A stretch of 64,000 nt of DNA from Raillietiella orientalis (Eukaryota): positions 744,001 to 808,000 of the forward strand of contig JAYWIR010000049.1 in the NCBI GenBank assembly GCA_036172245.1, in the 5' to 3' direction. Numbering within the stretch: position 1 is the stretch's first letter; every line of letters starts with the position of its first letter. The notes under the pieces were generated by a model. That model saw nothing but the letters and a program-made list of their open reading frames with translations, made no database searches and had not been told where the DNA came from. Positions 47,817-62,327 of this stretch are shown piece by piece. The translations under genes were made by a program, and so were the position numbers.

Positions 47817-50800
47817 ATGAGTGTTGATTTGAAAACAAATTATAAATCACTTATCGCTGCTTGGGAAGAAGTTAGAAATACAAGTTCAACAACCACTTGG
47901 TGAGTCACTATTGAAGATATGATTTACCCGTTTTACGGGAAATTTTCTGAAATTAGTGATGAACGTCACCAAATCACTGTAAATTGGTAATAATTCATGG
48001 CCTTGAGTATATGTTGCCGTATGTTTCAGATTAATATATAAGTTTATGTGTGCATGTTTACCCTCAGATTGTTAGTAACAGTGAATGCAATACTTCTATT
48101 TATTATCTCCATGAAAGTTAAAAGTAGCTTGTTATTGCCCCGAATATTGTGAGCCAGTAATAATACTTGAATATTTATGTTTCACATATTATATTAGATT
48201 TGGAATTGTAGCCAATGACATGCATCAAATAAATTAAAAAAATAGCTGAAATCAAAAGGAAAAATGATGGTAATTAATACATGTCTATATTTTAGGATTT
48301 TATATGGGTATGAAGGACAGTCATATGTTTTAAAATTCATTGATAAAGGATGTAAGTATGAATGGCATTCGTAATATCCCTGGTAGTTTTGATTTTTTTT
48401 GTTTTTTCTGCAAATATGTTCTTAGGGAATTCTATTATTGCTATGTGGCCTTGTCTAGAACGTATGCATCTTTATGATCATTAACTATCAAGTTCAGTGA
48501 GCTTACCATAACTCACGGGCTGAAACAAAAATTTGTTACTTTCCAAACTCATTCCAACTAAATCAAATTTATGATTTGGTACTCTCCCCCTGAAATCCAG
48601 GATCTTTCATTGTGGTACATTATTTCTTCATTTCATGTATATATTCAGGTACATTCCAATCTGTACTTAATGACTAATTTTTTTGTTTTTATTTTGAGGA
48701 GAAGGCTAGTTCTTTTTGATTCATTTTTATAAAAAATTATTATCAGCACACTATCTTACAGTGTAATATTTTTTAAAATATTTTGAGTTATTAAAGGGTT
48801 CTGATGCCCCTTCTTAAATCCTTTAATAAATCAGTCTCATAAAAAAAAAATTCTTTGCTTTCATTATATATCCACAGTAGAAATCCAAAACATCAGGTAA
48901 CCTTTAGACCTCACTGCTAATGTGTTTATTCTGCTAACTGCAAAAGTTGCAGACTAGGACATTTTCTTTTAAAGTAATGCATATTTCCATATTAGTCTTT
49001 GTAAATATGGGCAATGAATATATGCTTAAGAATGTCTTGAGTGTTTAATTCAGCAAACCTGTCAATATTTTCTTGCTTTATCTTTGGGGATTATGGAGGA
49101 TAATTTATGATTAAACAAGGGATAACTTCTCTACATAGGCTAATCATAAATGGACTTGGCATTTCACATATATTGGATTTCATATTCACCACAATTAAGT
49201 GTAAGAAAATTAATTTTCATGTACTGCAGTGTTATTTTATTAGCTGTTGATATGTCATCATCTTGCATTACTTATAACAGCTTGATATATTATTTTCTAC
49301 ATCGATGTTTGTATTATAGAACTTGTACCAGCACCATACTGTTTTGATTCTCATAAGGTTTTTATAGTTTTCTTTATTTTTATATCCTGTCAACAGTCTA
49401 TAGTGAATCCTTCTCTTCTCTTCATTACACATCAGACAGTGCTCTAGACTGTACTTGAAATAGTATGCATTCTCTTGTTTACCATTACATTTGGTACTGT
49501 TATAGATTATTACCTTATTTAATGCTAGCCTATGTTTGCTTACTTATTATGAAACCCCTCTTTTTTTTTTTTTCATAATTTTTTCATTCTTCCTAAACTT
49601 AACCCATTCCAAACCGTAAATTGGTTCTATTGCATTGAGTTCTTTTCTCATGTGGACATTTTTTAAAAAATTGCCATGGTCATGCATGTTCCAAAACATA
49701 ATTGTAAAAATTCTTTATTCTTAACAAAAACGTTGTTTCTTTAATGAAGTTTAGGATTGGTTTTCACCATTTAAAATTATTTTAATAAAAGCTTTAAGTT
49801 TGTAATCAAATTAAAATATAGGTGGTGGCTTAGAAGAAATAGGAGAGGAGTTGAATGCTGGAAAAATCTTGTACGCTATTTGCAGAGTAACTGATCCCAA
49901 CACTACATTACCAAAACTGATGTTCATAAACTGGGTAAGTGCATTTCATTGAATTCCTTTATGAATCTGTTATTTTTGTTTCGTTTGTATCTTTTTTTGT
50001 AAACTAAAATGTTCGATATCCAGCAGGGTGAGGGAGTTCCTGCACTTCACAAAGGATTATGTGCAAATCATCTGAAAGAAATTTTAAATTTGTTCCAAGG
50101 CATACACATAACAGTTACAGCTAGAAATGAAGAAGATATCGAACCCAGTGCAATTATGGAAAAATTAATGAAATCTACAGTATCAAAGTACGATTTTAAG
50201 AAACCTGTGACTGAGACTACTAAAATCACACCTGTGGTATGTAAATTTATGTTAGCAAGTATTTTTTTTTTTTGTTTTCTCTAAGCTTTAACAATTTTTG
50301 CATTATGTTTAAGGGAACAACCTACCAAAGAACAATTCCTTCACAGGAAATTAACCAGAATGAGATTAACAAGTTTTGGATAGAGCAGCATAAACAGGAG
50401 AATTCACGTATTCAAGAAGAGAAAATGAAAAAACAAAAGGAAAATGAAAGATTAGAACTTGAAAGAATAAAAAGAGAGGTAATGCTTCATTTGGCGTTGA
50501 ATCATTTTGTTATTCAAGTTATTATTTTTTAATGATTTTTTTTTTCACTTTGGAACATTAGAATGAGGAATCCAGACTTAGAAATGAAAAATTAGGCATT
50601 TTCACATCTCCAGAAACATTAAAGTCTAAGTACTCTGCAAAAGAAACAGCTGTAGAGAAGTCACAGTAAGAAAGTTATAGAGGCGCATAACATTTGATTA
50701 GATATTTAGATCATATGAACCTGTGGTAACACAAAATGCATCTGATAACATTCTTCTGAAGAAAAAGGAACCTCAACTAGAACAGCCTATTAATAATTCA

Positions 50801-51126
50801 CAGTTATTGTCGAATACTGAAGGCAAATGTGAGACCAATTTGACTACCTGTAATGAAAGTCGCAGCTTTGAACACAGATTTCAGCTCACTACTGGACAAG
50901 GGTTAAGAGCTCGTGCCCTATATGATTATTCAGCTGGTGAGTACCTTTGAAGTCATGTTCAATTTGCTTTCAATACATAACCTTAGCTGATGAAACAGAA
51001 ATATCATTTGATCCAGGTGATGTGATTACACATGTCGAACAAATACATGAAGACTGGTGGCAAGGTATTGCTCCAAATAGGGCTTTTGGTTTGTTTCCAG
51101 CAAATTATGTTGAGTTACTGGATTAA
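47817..51126 (+). CDS. Abp1: Drebrin-like / actin-binding protein 1 (ADF-H domain, charged helix, SH3), about 366 aa
   Basis: Exons 47817-47899, 48296-48351, 49822-49934, 50024-50236, 50314-50478, 50562-50665, 50710-50936 and 50987-51126, all GT-AG and in frame. [44 protein letters not shown]3 [35 protein letters not shown]. Alternative in-frame ATG at 47811; probable 5'UTR intron 47717-47784. Confidence 0.95.
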
Positions 51127-51427
51127 ATTTTTATTGTACAATGGTATGATTGAATGCTGTCTGAATGACATCGAAAATTTTTTAAATTCACGCTTTGATA
51201 AGTAATAAATATAGTTTTTAGCATCACATTTTGATGAGATTTTATGATTCTATAATTAAATCACTTTTTCAATTTTTTCCATAAGCAAAATATTATCCTT
51301 TTATTATTTGTTGAATGAATTGAAATGGACTATTTCTTTTGCTTGAGAAAGGCTTTCAATACAACTGCACACATTCACTCTGGGTTAGACAAGTTTGTTG
51401 TATTACATATGAAAAGGAATTTGCTCA

Positions 51428-51577
51428 ATGAAGCTTAGGGTTGGTTTTCACCATTTATAAACATATTAATAAAAGCCTTAAGCTTATAATGAAATTAAAA
51501 TATAGATGGTTACTTAGAAGACAAAGGAGTGGAGTTACATGCAGGAAAAATCTTGCATGCCATTTGTAGAGTAACTG
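51428..51577 (+). pseudogene. Diverged duplicate of the Abp1 intron 2 / exon 3 junction
   Basis: Colinear with 49743-49892 (ttggttttcaccattta...aaattaaaatatag...ggaaaaatcttg...agagtaactg). Confidence 0.85.
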
Positions 51578-52599
51578 GCCTTTGCATATGAAATGCATTC
51601 ATCCGAAATTTTTTAACTTCATCTATGCAAGCGAATTTCAGATGGAAGTTTCCATACAGACCATACATTACATTTGCCATACGCCCATGGAGTTAAAACT
51701 ATTTCCCCTATTCAAATTAAGGAAGCAGCAGTGTGCTGCTGCACTGGAAAACTCGTGATGCTTAAACCTGAAGGTTTGCAAAGGTTTATTATTACCTCTT
51801 CACTGTTGTTTTTAATTTTTCAATGAGACTGTTGGATATTTAAATAGGGAGATATGAAAGTGTAATGAAAGTGAATTCTTTGAGCATCGTTGTGTACTTC
51901 CGTTGTATGTTTCCCAAATTATTTTCTTACAGATTCGAACCATAACCAGTTTTTTCTGCCAATGTTGGGTGTCTGTGTATCACGGTGATTTGATTTAATA
52001 AGATACTATTCGGATACTGATGCGTTCTCTTCTGATAAGTTCTTAAACGATTGACTTAATATAGTGTATCTATGCAGCCACTATGCATACAGGTGCATGA
52101 TACCAATGCTCCCCAGGGACTTTTTAAGGCTCCTCTTCATGTGTAGTGCAATGTCACCTGCCATGGCTATGGCAGCAATGCTGCCTTTGTGAAATAGTCG
52201 TGGCATGACATGCAGTCATAAGGCGAGGGAACAACAAGGATGCCATCCCAATTGTGATCTTGGCACGACGATTTGGGTCTAACTCTAAAAATACAGAGGA
52301 ACTCGTCCTCACTCACAAAGAATGCAAAAGACACAAGGTAGCCTACTGTGATACCCTCTCAATTCCTTCCCCTATTCCTTTCCAAGACATCACATAAATA
52401 GTTATTTTCCCTTGTATTTACTTTTCCTTTTTTTACCCACCTTTTCAAAGTGGACTTCACCTGCCAGCAGGCTGGTTGCATAGCATCTGCTCTCTAGTGG
52501 TTAGAACTTGGAAGGACCTGGGGTTTTACTAATCTTGTATGTTTATTGGTCACATTAAAAGTCCTGGAGAAACCTGGTTCAAACTGGTGCCCACAGTTA

Positions 52600-54430
52600 T
52601 TTGAATTGTGATTTCTGATTTCTGATTTTCTGAAGTACCACAAATGAAATACATGTCTTAAAATCACACTCCGAAATGTTTTTTGTGTATGGATACGGTA
52701 AAGTGTACACGAAATTCTGCAGGGATGTGGATTGTCCAAGAGTTTATCAATTTTTAGAATATGAAAAACGAAAACTGATCAGAAGTACAACGAATCAGTT
52801 TATCCGAGGTATATTTTATGAACACACATTTAATTGTGATTTTGATTCTGGTGGAGTTACAGTTGTCAATGGGGCAGTGACTATAATAAGCACAATGGCT
52901 ATTGAAACTCCCCAGATTAATTTGAGAGCTGAAACGAGATTGCAGCTAGATAGAATGTGGGTTCATGAAATAACCTATTCGTAGTTTCAACATGAGGCTT
53001 TAGTTCTTTCAAAAATGAAAAACAGTTATTTTGTAGCCTTCTCAGATACTCGAGACTTTATGGTATTTTCTGTTGTATGCATACTTTCTTCAATGACATC
53101 ACTATGTACTGTCAACATTGTATCAGAACACTTGTAACTCAACAAACCTTATATTTAAAAGTGCATTTCTTTGAATTTCCAAAAGCATGTACCAGAAATC
53201 TGTGGAAGATGGGAAGTTTGTAAGGCACCAAAGTATGTAAAAAAAAAATTTGTAGCAGGTAGTATGGAACCTGCAGATTTGGTCTGTGCTATTTTCAAAA
53301 TGTTATCTGAGCTCAGTGATATCAGAAATACCCACTCCATATCTTTCAAGAAAGAGAATTCCTTTGTTAATAGAACAGACCACTTTGACGGTTTGCAGAA
53401 TTTCATTCACGAAAGTACGTCGTTTGCAAGAAAAGGAAGTTGGAAATTGGAATGTCCAAGTACTTGGAGAGAAATCGGAGATATGCGTTCCACTTCCTTG
53501 AAACCATGAAATACTTTGTTCCTGTTACTGTATTTTAATTACAGCGTATATTCTTTAATACATTGCAACAATTACAAAAGCCTGATATTCAGTATTGAGT
53601 GTGTGTGTTAAAATGGTAAGTCAAGAAGAATGCTTTCGACAGTAGGCAAGTCGAAGTGTGAACTCCTTTCCGACATCTTTATTCAGAAAACAAAACAGAA
53701 CAAATTATTCTTGAAGATAGTAACTGTTTTGATTTAAGAACGGTGGTTTGATAGACCGACGTTGGTCATCAGTTTGAGTACTCACAGAATATAAGCATTC
53801 TTTTGGTGAACAAAAACACAAGTAATTTTTCGTTTTGATTCTTCTGCGGGTGCATTCTGACCCATTCTCACCGTCATGCAATATTCGTTTTTAAGTCGCT
53901 CAGTGAACGAAGATTCCTGTACTCACAGGAAATGCAGTGATCCCTTCCCTTCCCTCCCCCTCCCCGTAAAAAAATGTCCCCCAAGCGTTTTTTTCGTTTT
54001 TTTTTGTTTTTTTGTGCATTCTTTTTTTTTTCTTTTTCCCGTCCCATTCGCGAGTGCAGTAGGCCTTACCGGCACTCAAGTCGGTAAACAAGTGCAAAAC
54101 AATACGGAAATGTGTTCCGATAGGAACACAAAAACAATGAAAAATCAATCGACTGCAATTCATAATTGTAATTTTGTTTTTTTAAAATAATAAAAGCCCC
54201 GGCTTACCCGGGTGAAAACACAGGAAATGCAAACCAAAACTGATATCTGCTTCGGAATTCTGGTTCATTTTTGACGGTGTAAATCGCAAATCTTGGTTAT
54301 TCTGGGTTTTGCTGTGCATTATACGGATTTTTATTCTCGACTGTGGCATTTTGAGAAATCCCATCCAAGAAAACTGGTTGTAAATCATATCAACTGGTTT
54401 TTGTAGAAGAAAATGTTCATTCAAAACATG
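52600..54430 (-). pseudogene. Decayed LGR relic L (7TM part only)
   Basis: TM2-like QNSEADISFGLHFL (about 54.23-54.27 kb, interrupted by the retroposon); ECL1-TM3 STW..FSCKRRTF..GILFLERY (about 53.34-53.47 kb); TM7/helix 8 HPCRISCTLYRIHTQKTFR (about 52.67-52.73 kb). Confidence 0.55.
53937..54218 (+). mobile_element. Short retroposon (SINE or truncated LINE 3' end) with 13-bp TSD
   Basis: Direct repeat cacaggaaatgca at 53924-53936 and 54219-54231. Ends in AATAAA plus gccccggcttacccgggtg plus aaaa. Confidence 0.75.
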
Positions 54431-54529
54431 AGTCGAGATGTGAGAAAAATCGCTTTAATTTTAAAACTTCATGACTGCCATAAATTGATGCTTGGAGGAG
54501 AAAACGGGGACTTGCAGAAGTTCCGTCCC

Positions 54530-57500
54530 AGCTTAAAATGTGGATGAGACTTTCCTTTGAAGAGACAAACTGAACTTTGCAGTCAGGAACTGGTCAGGTT
54601 CTAACAGAAGATAAAAGGGTGCGAAAGGGTACGAAAAGAGTCCCATCCCCGGAGCTGAAGAACCTACTAAGCCATGTAAGAAATAAAGGGCATCCAGAAT
54701 GTTAGAATTGTCTTTACACAATGAGTTTACAGTTTACTTTTCTGTTCCACATGTAAGTTATCAGATAGCACCATAATTTTTGAGAGCAAGTTCTTTCAGC
54801 AAGCTCCACTTTCCTTACCCACCAGATGCGTTACTAATTGTGAAAATAAGATGTGCCTACATTCGCATTTGAGTGCAAAAGAACTTGGAAACATTTTTGA
54901 AAACTTTATTTAACTACGAGTACATGGCTCGTGTCTTGTTTGACAATTGAAGAAGGAAAAGTATTCGTCTCGCTGTAATAGTGGTGCTTTCCTGGATTGA
55001 AAATTAGTGCAGTTAATGCTGCATTGATTCTACCGCATTTGTAATTCTACGGCAGCATATTTTCAAAAAGAGGTTTTTACATTTTTAAGAAGAATGCTTT
55101 GAAAGAAATATTTCAGTTTGGATTTCGGTGCAACTCGGAATCGGTTATTTTTCGGTAATGTTTATCTCAGTAATGTAAGAAATGAAGGCGAAAGCTTCTG
55201 ATTCTTACAATAATGATACCGCGATAAGAAATCAGGGTTTCAACGAATTGCAGTCTATGAAATGAAATGTAACACTCGAATTCTCGAAGAGGCTTCCAAA
55301 CATAGGAAGAGATCACAATCATCAAAGAAAAGCCTTAGAAATATACGCACAATTGTGGCGTTTCATCAGAAAGAGATGCCCCGGGGCTTTCATAGCCTCT
55401 TTACTATATTCTAGTGTCTACACAAGACAAGTACGGAGGAAGTGAAAAAAAATTCATGGGCTATGGAAAAACCTGAAAGGAAACAAACGCAAACAGGAAA
55501 GATTAAAATAACTGACAGCAGTAAATACGTGAATTCAAATAATGTTCATCAAGTGCGAACTCGATGTTTTGCAAGAAAGTTGAACATAGAAAAGTTGCAT
55601 ACGGGTTTTAGTTTTATTAGTTGTGATATTCTTATTGATAAGCGTTCATGCAGGGGTTCCAGTGCTAAATGGTTCCTGGAACTTTTTTGATGAAATCAAG
55701 ATTTTCCTCTACTTTGTATTGAAGAGTAGGAGATAACAATTGCAAACAGCAAACAAATATGTATATCCATGAGTACAATATACATAATCTATGAGAAAGC
55801 GTTAAACAGTACTACTGATATTTGTAGAGCGTGAAAGAAGGAAGCCCAAATAGAAACGTGGGTTCACAAATGCAAACCCAGATGAAACTCTTATTGGTAA
55901 ACTAAGAATACCCAAACATTATTCTAGAAAAAAGAAACAAGGTGGACAATTTGTGTTTAGAACTGTGATGCTTAATTATACTTAAAACCACAGGCAAAAA
56001 AGAACAAAAATTCTTTTTTATCTGTAGTACCATCAGCAAACCATTGACTTTGAGAAGAAAATTCCATGCTATATCATAAGTAAGACAAGAAATTTAAAAA
56101 TTCTTTAAAATATCTACATGTATTTCAACCTAATGGTGTGTACTCCACTAACACATCTGGAAAAGATAACTGAAAGGACAAATGATATACGAAGGAAAGT
56201 CTTCATGTTAGAAAAATAGCGATAGTTTTTTCCGTTTAAACATCCATATCACTCTTTTAAGTCTTTGAAATTAAAACCTTGAAAACACAGACCTAATAGT
56301 AATGCAAATGATGGCAACAATTTCCCATTAGCAGCTGAAGAATGTAAACGTACATTTCATGCAAATTACTGTGAAATTGTGTTAGGAAATCAACAAAACT
56401 TTCATTTTTAGTATGCATACAATTCATTTCTTCATTTTGTTAATTCTTATCAGTTGGCAAAAATGGATGCCAGATAATTTGGATTTATTGAAAATCTTTG
56501 AAAAATGCTGACAACATACTGATTTCATCTTTAGGATCAAAAAGCCCTTTCATAAATACATGGTTTTTTCCTTTGGGGCTCAAGGCATAGAGACTACATC
56601 TTACTTTGACACCTTGCATTTATTTCCAACCATGTGCATTAAAACAGCAAAAACCATCCATATAAAGGAAAGCTTTTCATATGCAGACTTGTATTCAAGT
56701 AATAGTTAAGAGGATAAAGGACCATGGATCTCAATAGGTTTTAGGATAATAAAAGTATACACTTAGTTCGTAGATAGGTAAGCATTGATTAAGAAATTGA
56801 TTTCTAAGGTGAATTTCGGATCCTTTTCCAGGAACAACAAAACTAAGATCAGAACACCCTTGTTTACTGAAAAAGACAACCGCCAGAGATTTAACATTCC
56901 AACACTGTATAATGTAGGCATTTTCTTATCAAGAGCAAAATCTCATTTTATATGAACTTTACAAAGAGATCATTTTTAAAAAGTTGAAATTTCTCCTATA
57001 TGCACATAGAGAAAGAAATGTAAAAACGGTAAACAAAAAGAAAATTATTCCATTTTACGAACTGACCTTAATTTCTGGATAAGTGTATTTCAAAAAAAGG
57101 TCATGAAGTCGATTTTTCAACGGTAAGTACACTGAGTCAGTACTAATATATCTGCAGGTTACTTTCAAATTATTTCTTGATTTTCATAGTATCTTTTGTA
57201 AAATGTAAAATGCTTCCGGACCTTTTTATCTGGAAGAAGGAATCTTCGAAATATGAACATCTTTTCAGAGCTATGACTATTTGAAAATTCAGAAGTTCAT
57301 TCGCGAATAAGTTCTAGAAATCTCAAGTATAACTTTGATTTTTAGAAAGCGAAGAAGGGTAATCAGGAAGTTCATGTACAGGAGATTTATGTTACTCACG
57401 TAAAATTTACTTCCAATTCCTTTACTAAAATACCATCAAAACATTATCTCAGTGAATATGTAATCAAGGCTTTTTTACATTTAGTAAGCTCGCACCACAG

Positions 57501-57900
57501 TGTGTGATATTCACTACCTACGTTTACATTACGTAGTCCAAGCTACAGTTGCCTTTAAAAAAATAAAGGAATTGGCTTGCTGATCCGTTGAGTATCTTTA
57601 CACAAAATAAATCAAAAACCAGTTTTCCTACATCTCACTTTTGATGCTTTCCGAAATTTCTGTAAAATAACCAGCTTTCCAAACTTCCAGGCTACCAAGC
57701 TTCCATACTCAGTGATCTGCATGCTGCACTTTAAAAGTTAATATGTGATTCGGAATATCATTTAAAATAGGAAGATTTATTTTTGGAAATTAGTTCATAA
57801 CAATAAATGTGTTTTTCCTACATAGTAGAAATGTGAAATCACCTTGATTGAATACCTAATATTTGCCAAGGGAAACTTTATACCACTTTTGTCCATTCAT
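54530..57900 (-). pseudogene. Decayed LGR relic K
   Basis: LRR-like EIHLSRN and KNDLFVKFI*NEILLL (about 57 kb); hinge DGFCCF..PKDEISMLS (about 56.5-56.65 kb); TM1 LLMGN/VAII; TM2 QLSFPDVLVEY; TM3 LQISVVLFNAFS*IMYIV. Confidence 0.6.
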
Positions 57901-58701
57901 GAAAAAAAACTAGACAGGAAAACCGAAATAAAAATCAGTCGTATTATTCTCAGCTATTCAACGAGCTCCGGCTCTCATGTGACCTTTGCTTTATTGTATA
58001 ATGTAAACTGGGGTAATATTTAACAGATACATGCAAACTCGCAAAATTATTCAATGAATTCTCCTTATTAAAGAAAATATTTCAAATCATTTTACATATT
58101 TAATAAAAAATATCTCTAAAATCACAGTGCTATGTTTATAGGTTTTCTAATTCACAAATATCAAGTATATTGAAAGTAAATCAATTGTAATCTTACAGCT
58201 CAGGGGATCATTTAAGATTTTTTCGTAAAACATAATACGTAATGTTACTATACATAATACATTTACTCATAAAAGGTAAATTTTAATGTATATTGTTCTT
58301 GAAAGCAGACTATACACGAAATGAACAGTCATCGATATTTGTTTCTAGTGAATTTGCGTGTTTGTTTCATAACTGCATCCACATTTCTCTTGCAACATGA
58401 TTTCCACAATTAGTGTATGTATAATTGATGCTATCAGCATGATTAAAGGAAAAGAAAACTCTCCGAAAGAGAATTTAAATCATAATGTATTCGCAAGTTA
58501 CCCAAGATTTCACATAAAGTTTCCGCTTATGTACAATCTTAACATTTTTCGTATTAGGATTGTTTTTATGACTTAGTTACAAATACGAACATAGTTGAAA
58601 ATTAATTCATTTATAGACATTTTTTTAGAAATGTCCATAAATTTATTGTCCCATGTTTGGGAGCCCCGTATAAAATAATGTTTAGATCTTTGTAGCTTTT
58701 T

Positions 58702-59646
58702 ATTTTTTTTTAAGGTCCCGCGAGGAGATCGTTAGGCCTAGGAAAATCCTTGAGTTCTTTTTGTCTTCGCTGTTTTCTTTTTTTTTTTCTTCGGGTTTTC
58801 TTTTTTTTTGGTCCGCTAAGTGCGCTTCAAGAGTGCGTGCCTCGCGGCGAACGTGGCCCTTTTAAACATACTGTTTTGTTTCCACGCCTCTCCGCCTGCG
58901 GCAACCCGCAAGGGAGGGCGTGTAATTCTTCAGGATAGGGGGCAAACCGGGATGGGGGTCTGCCCTATGAATCCAGAAAGGGTTCGGAGTCCGTTCCTCT
59001 CACGCTTGGGGAGATATTCCCCCCGGACGGGGATGGATCGCACCTCCCACCCAGGTTGGCTCCGAAGGGGAATCCCGAAGGGAATCTCCTTCCTCATTCT
59101 CTCCGGAGGGACACCCCCTGGGAGGGGGGTGGTCCTCTTCATTTCAACTTCTCCGAAGGGAACCCGGAAAGCATCCGTTAGTAGGAATTTCTTCTCCGGA
59201 GGGAACCCGCAAGGGAACCGCTCCTGTTCACTCCTCTGAAGAGAACCTCGAAGGGACGCTTCCGAAACTCAGAAGGGGCGCTGCAGCTTCCCGCAGGGGG
59301 ATCGCTCTTGCTTGCTTCCTTGCACTCTCGAAGAGGCGATGGACTCGGAGGGTCCCCCGGTAAGGAAGGTCCGCTCTCCGTTGTACGACCGGAGAGGGAA
59401 CTCCCCACTCCTTGATTCCTGGAAGGACCCGAAGGTCGACTCCCATTGTTCCGGCCTTCGTCTGAGGCCTCCAAAGCTTAATCCACCGCCGGTGCCACTC
59501 CTGAATGATTAGGTCAACCAGTGCCATCTTTCAGGAGAAACTCGGAACCCAAACGACTTAGTGGCATCAGTTTTTGCCGGAGTATTCGAACCCGCGACGC
59601 ATGGTACCACACGCGGAAGCCTTAACCACAAGGCCTCCGACGCGAG
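58702..59646 (-). mobile_element. 5'-truncated non-LTR retrotransposon with poly(A) tail and 14-bp TSD
   Basis: TSD ctttgtagcttttt at 58688-58701 and 59647-59660; T-run at about 58703-58711 is the poly(A) on the minus strand; TT/AAAA-like target. Remnant IIQEWHRRW..LRVLPGIKEW resembles the post-RNaseH region of R1/I-group elements. GC-rich against AT-rich flanks. Confidence 0.85.
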
Positions 59647-59932
59647 CTTTGTAGCTTTTTTAAAATTGAGAACAATTGGATGTTCTCTTTGTAATGCACA
59701 TTTTATCACTTAATTTATTTATATATTTTTGCTATTAACTTTATACATATTTATAATGAAAGTAAAGTAATAAACGTATCTATACATAATACATTCGTGA
59801 CACTTCATTTTTTATATTATCTCATTCTTATTATATATTCGACTGGTACTCCTGTTTCCAAAGGTTCTTCGAAGGTGAAACTAGTGAAAGTAGGCGAACA
59901 GTGAAGTTGAATTTCAAGTCCGATAAGTCGAA

Positions 59933-62026
<2,094 letters not shown>

Positions 62027-62327
62027 GAAACAAGAAAACTATCAAGAAAAAAAGAATTAGTTAGTTTTGCAAATTTAATGCTAAACATAGAAGATTTTAA
62101 AGCTTTACGTTGTTGTTATGATTTATTTCTTGAACAACTACAGTTGCAATAAATAGTATGCTGCAAACCTTTGTTTGAAAGTCATTCAACTGCATGTTAC
62201 ACAAGCATGCTGCACCCATCCGATTATTATTCAGATTCTTGTTATAGGCAAGCGTAAATGTTCTCCGAGGTAAAGAGCGTAATAAGAGAAACTCAACTCC
62301 AGAAGTCAATTTATTAACAAGCACTGC

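Noticed and set aside
52676..53509. Plus-strand ORFs of 102 and 112 aa as novel genes
   Set aside because: No recognisable domain or splice structure. The minus strand carries LGR TM3 and TM7 remnants.
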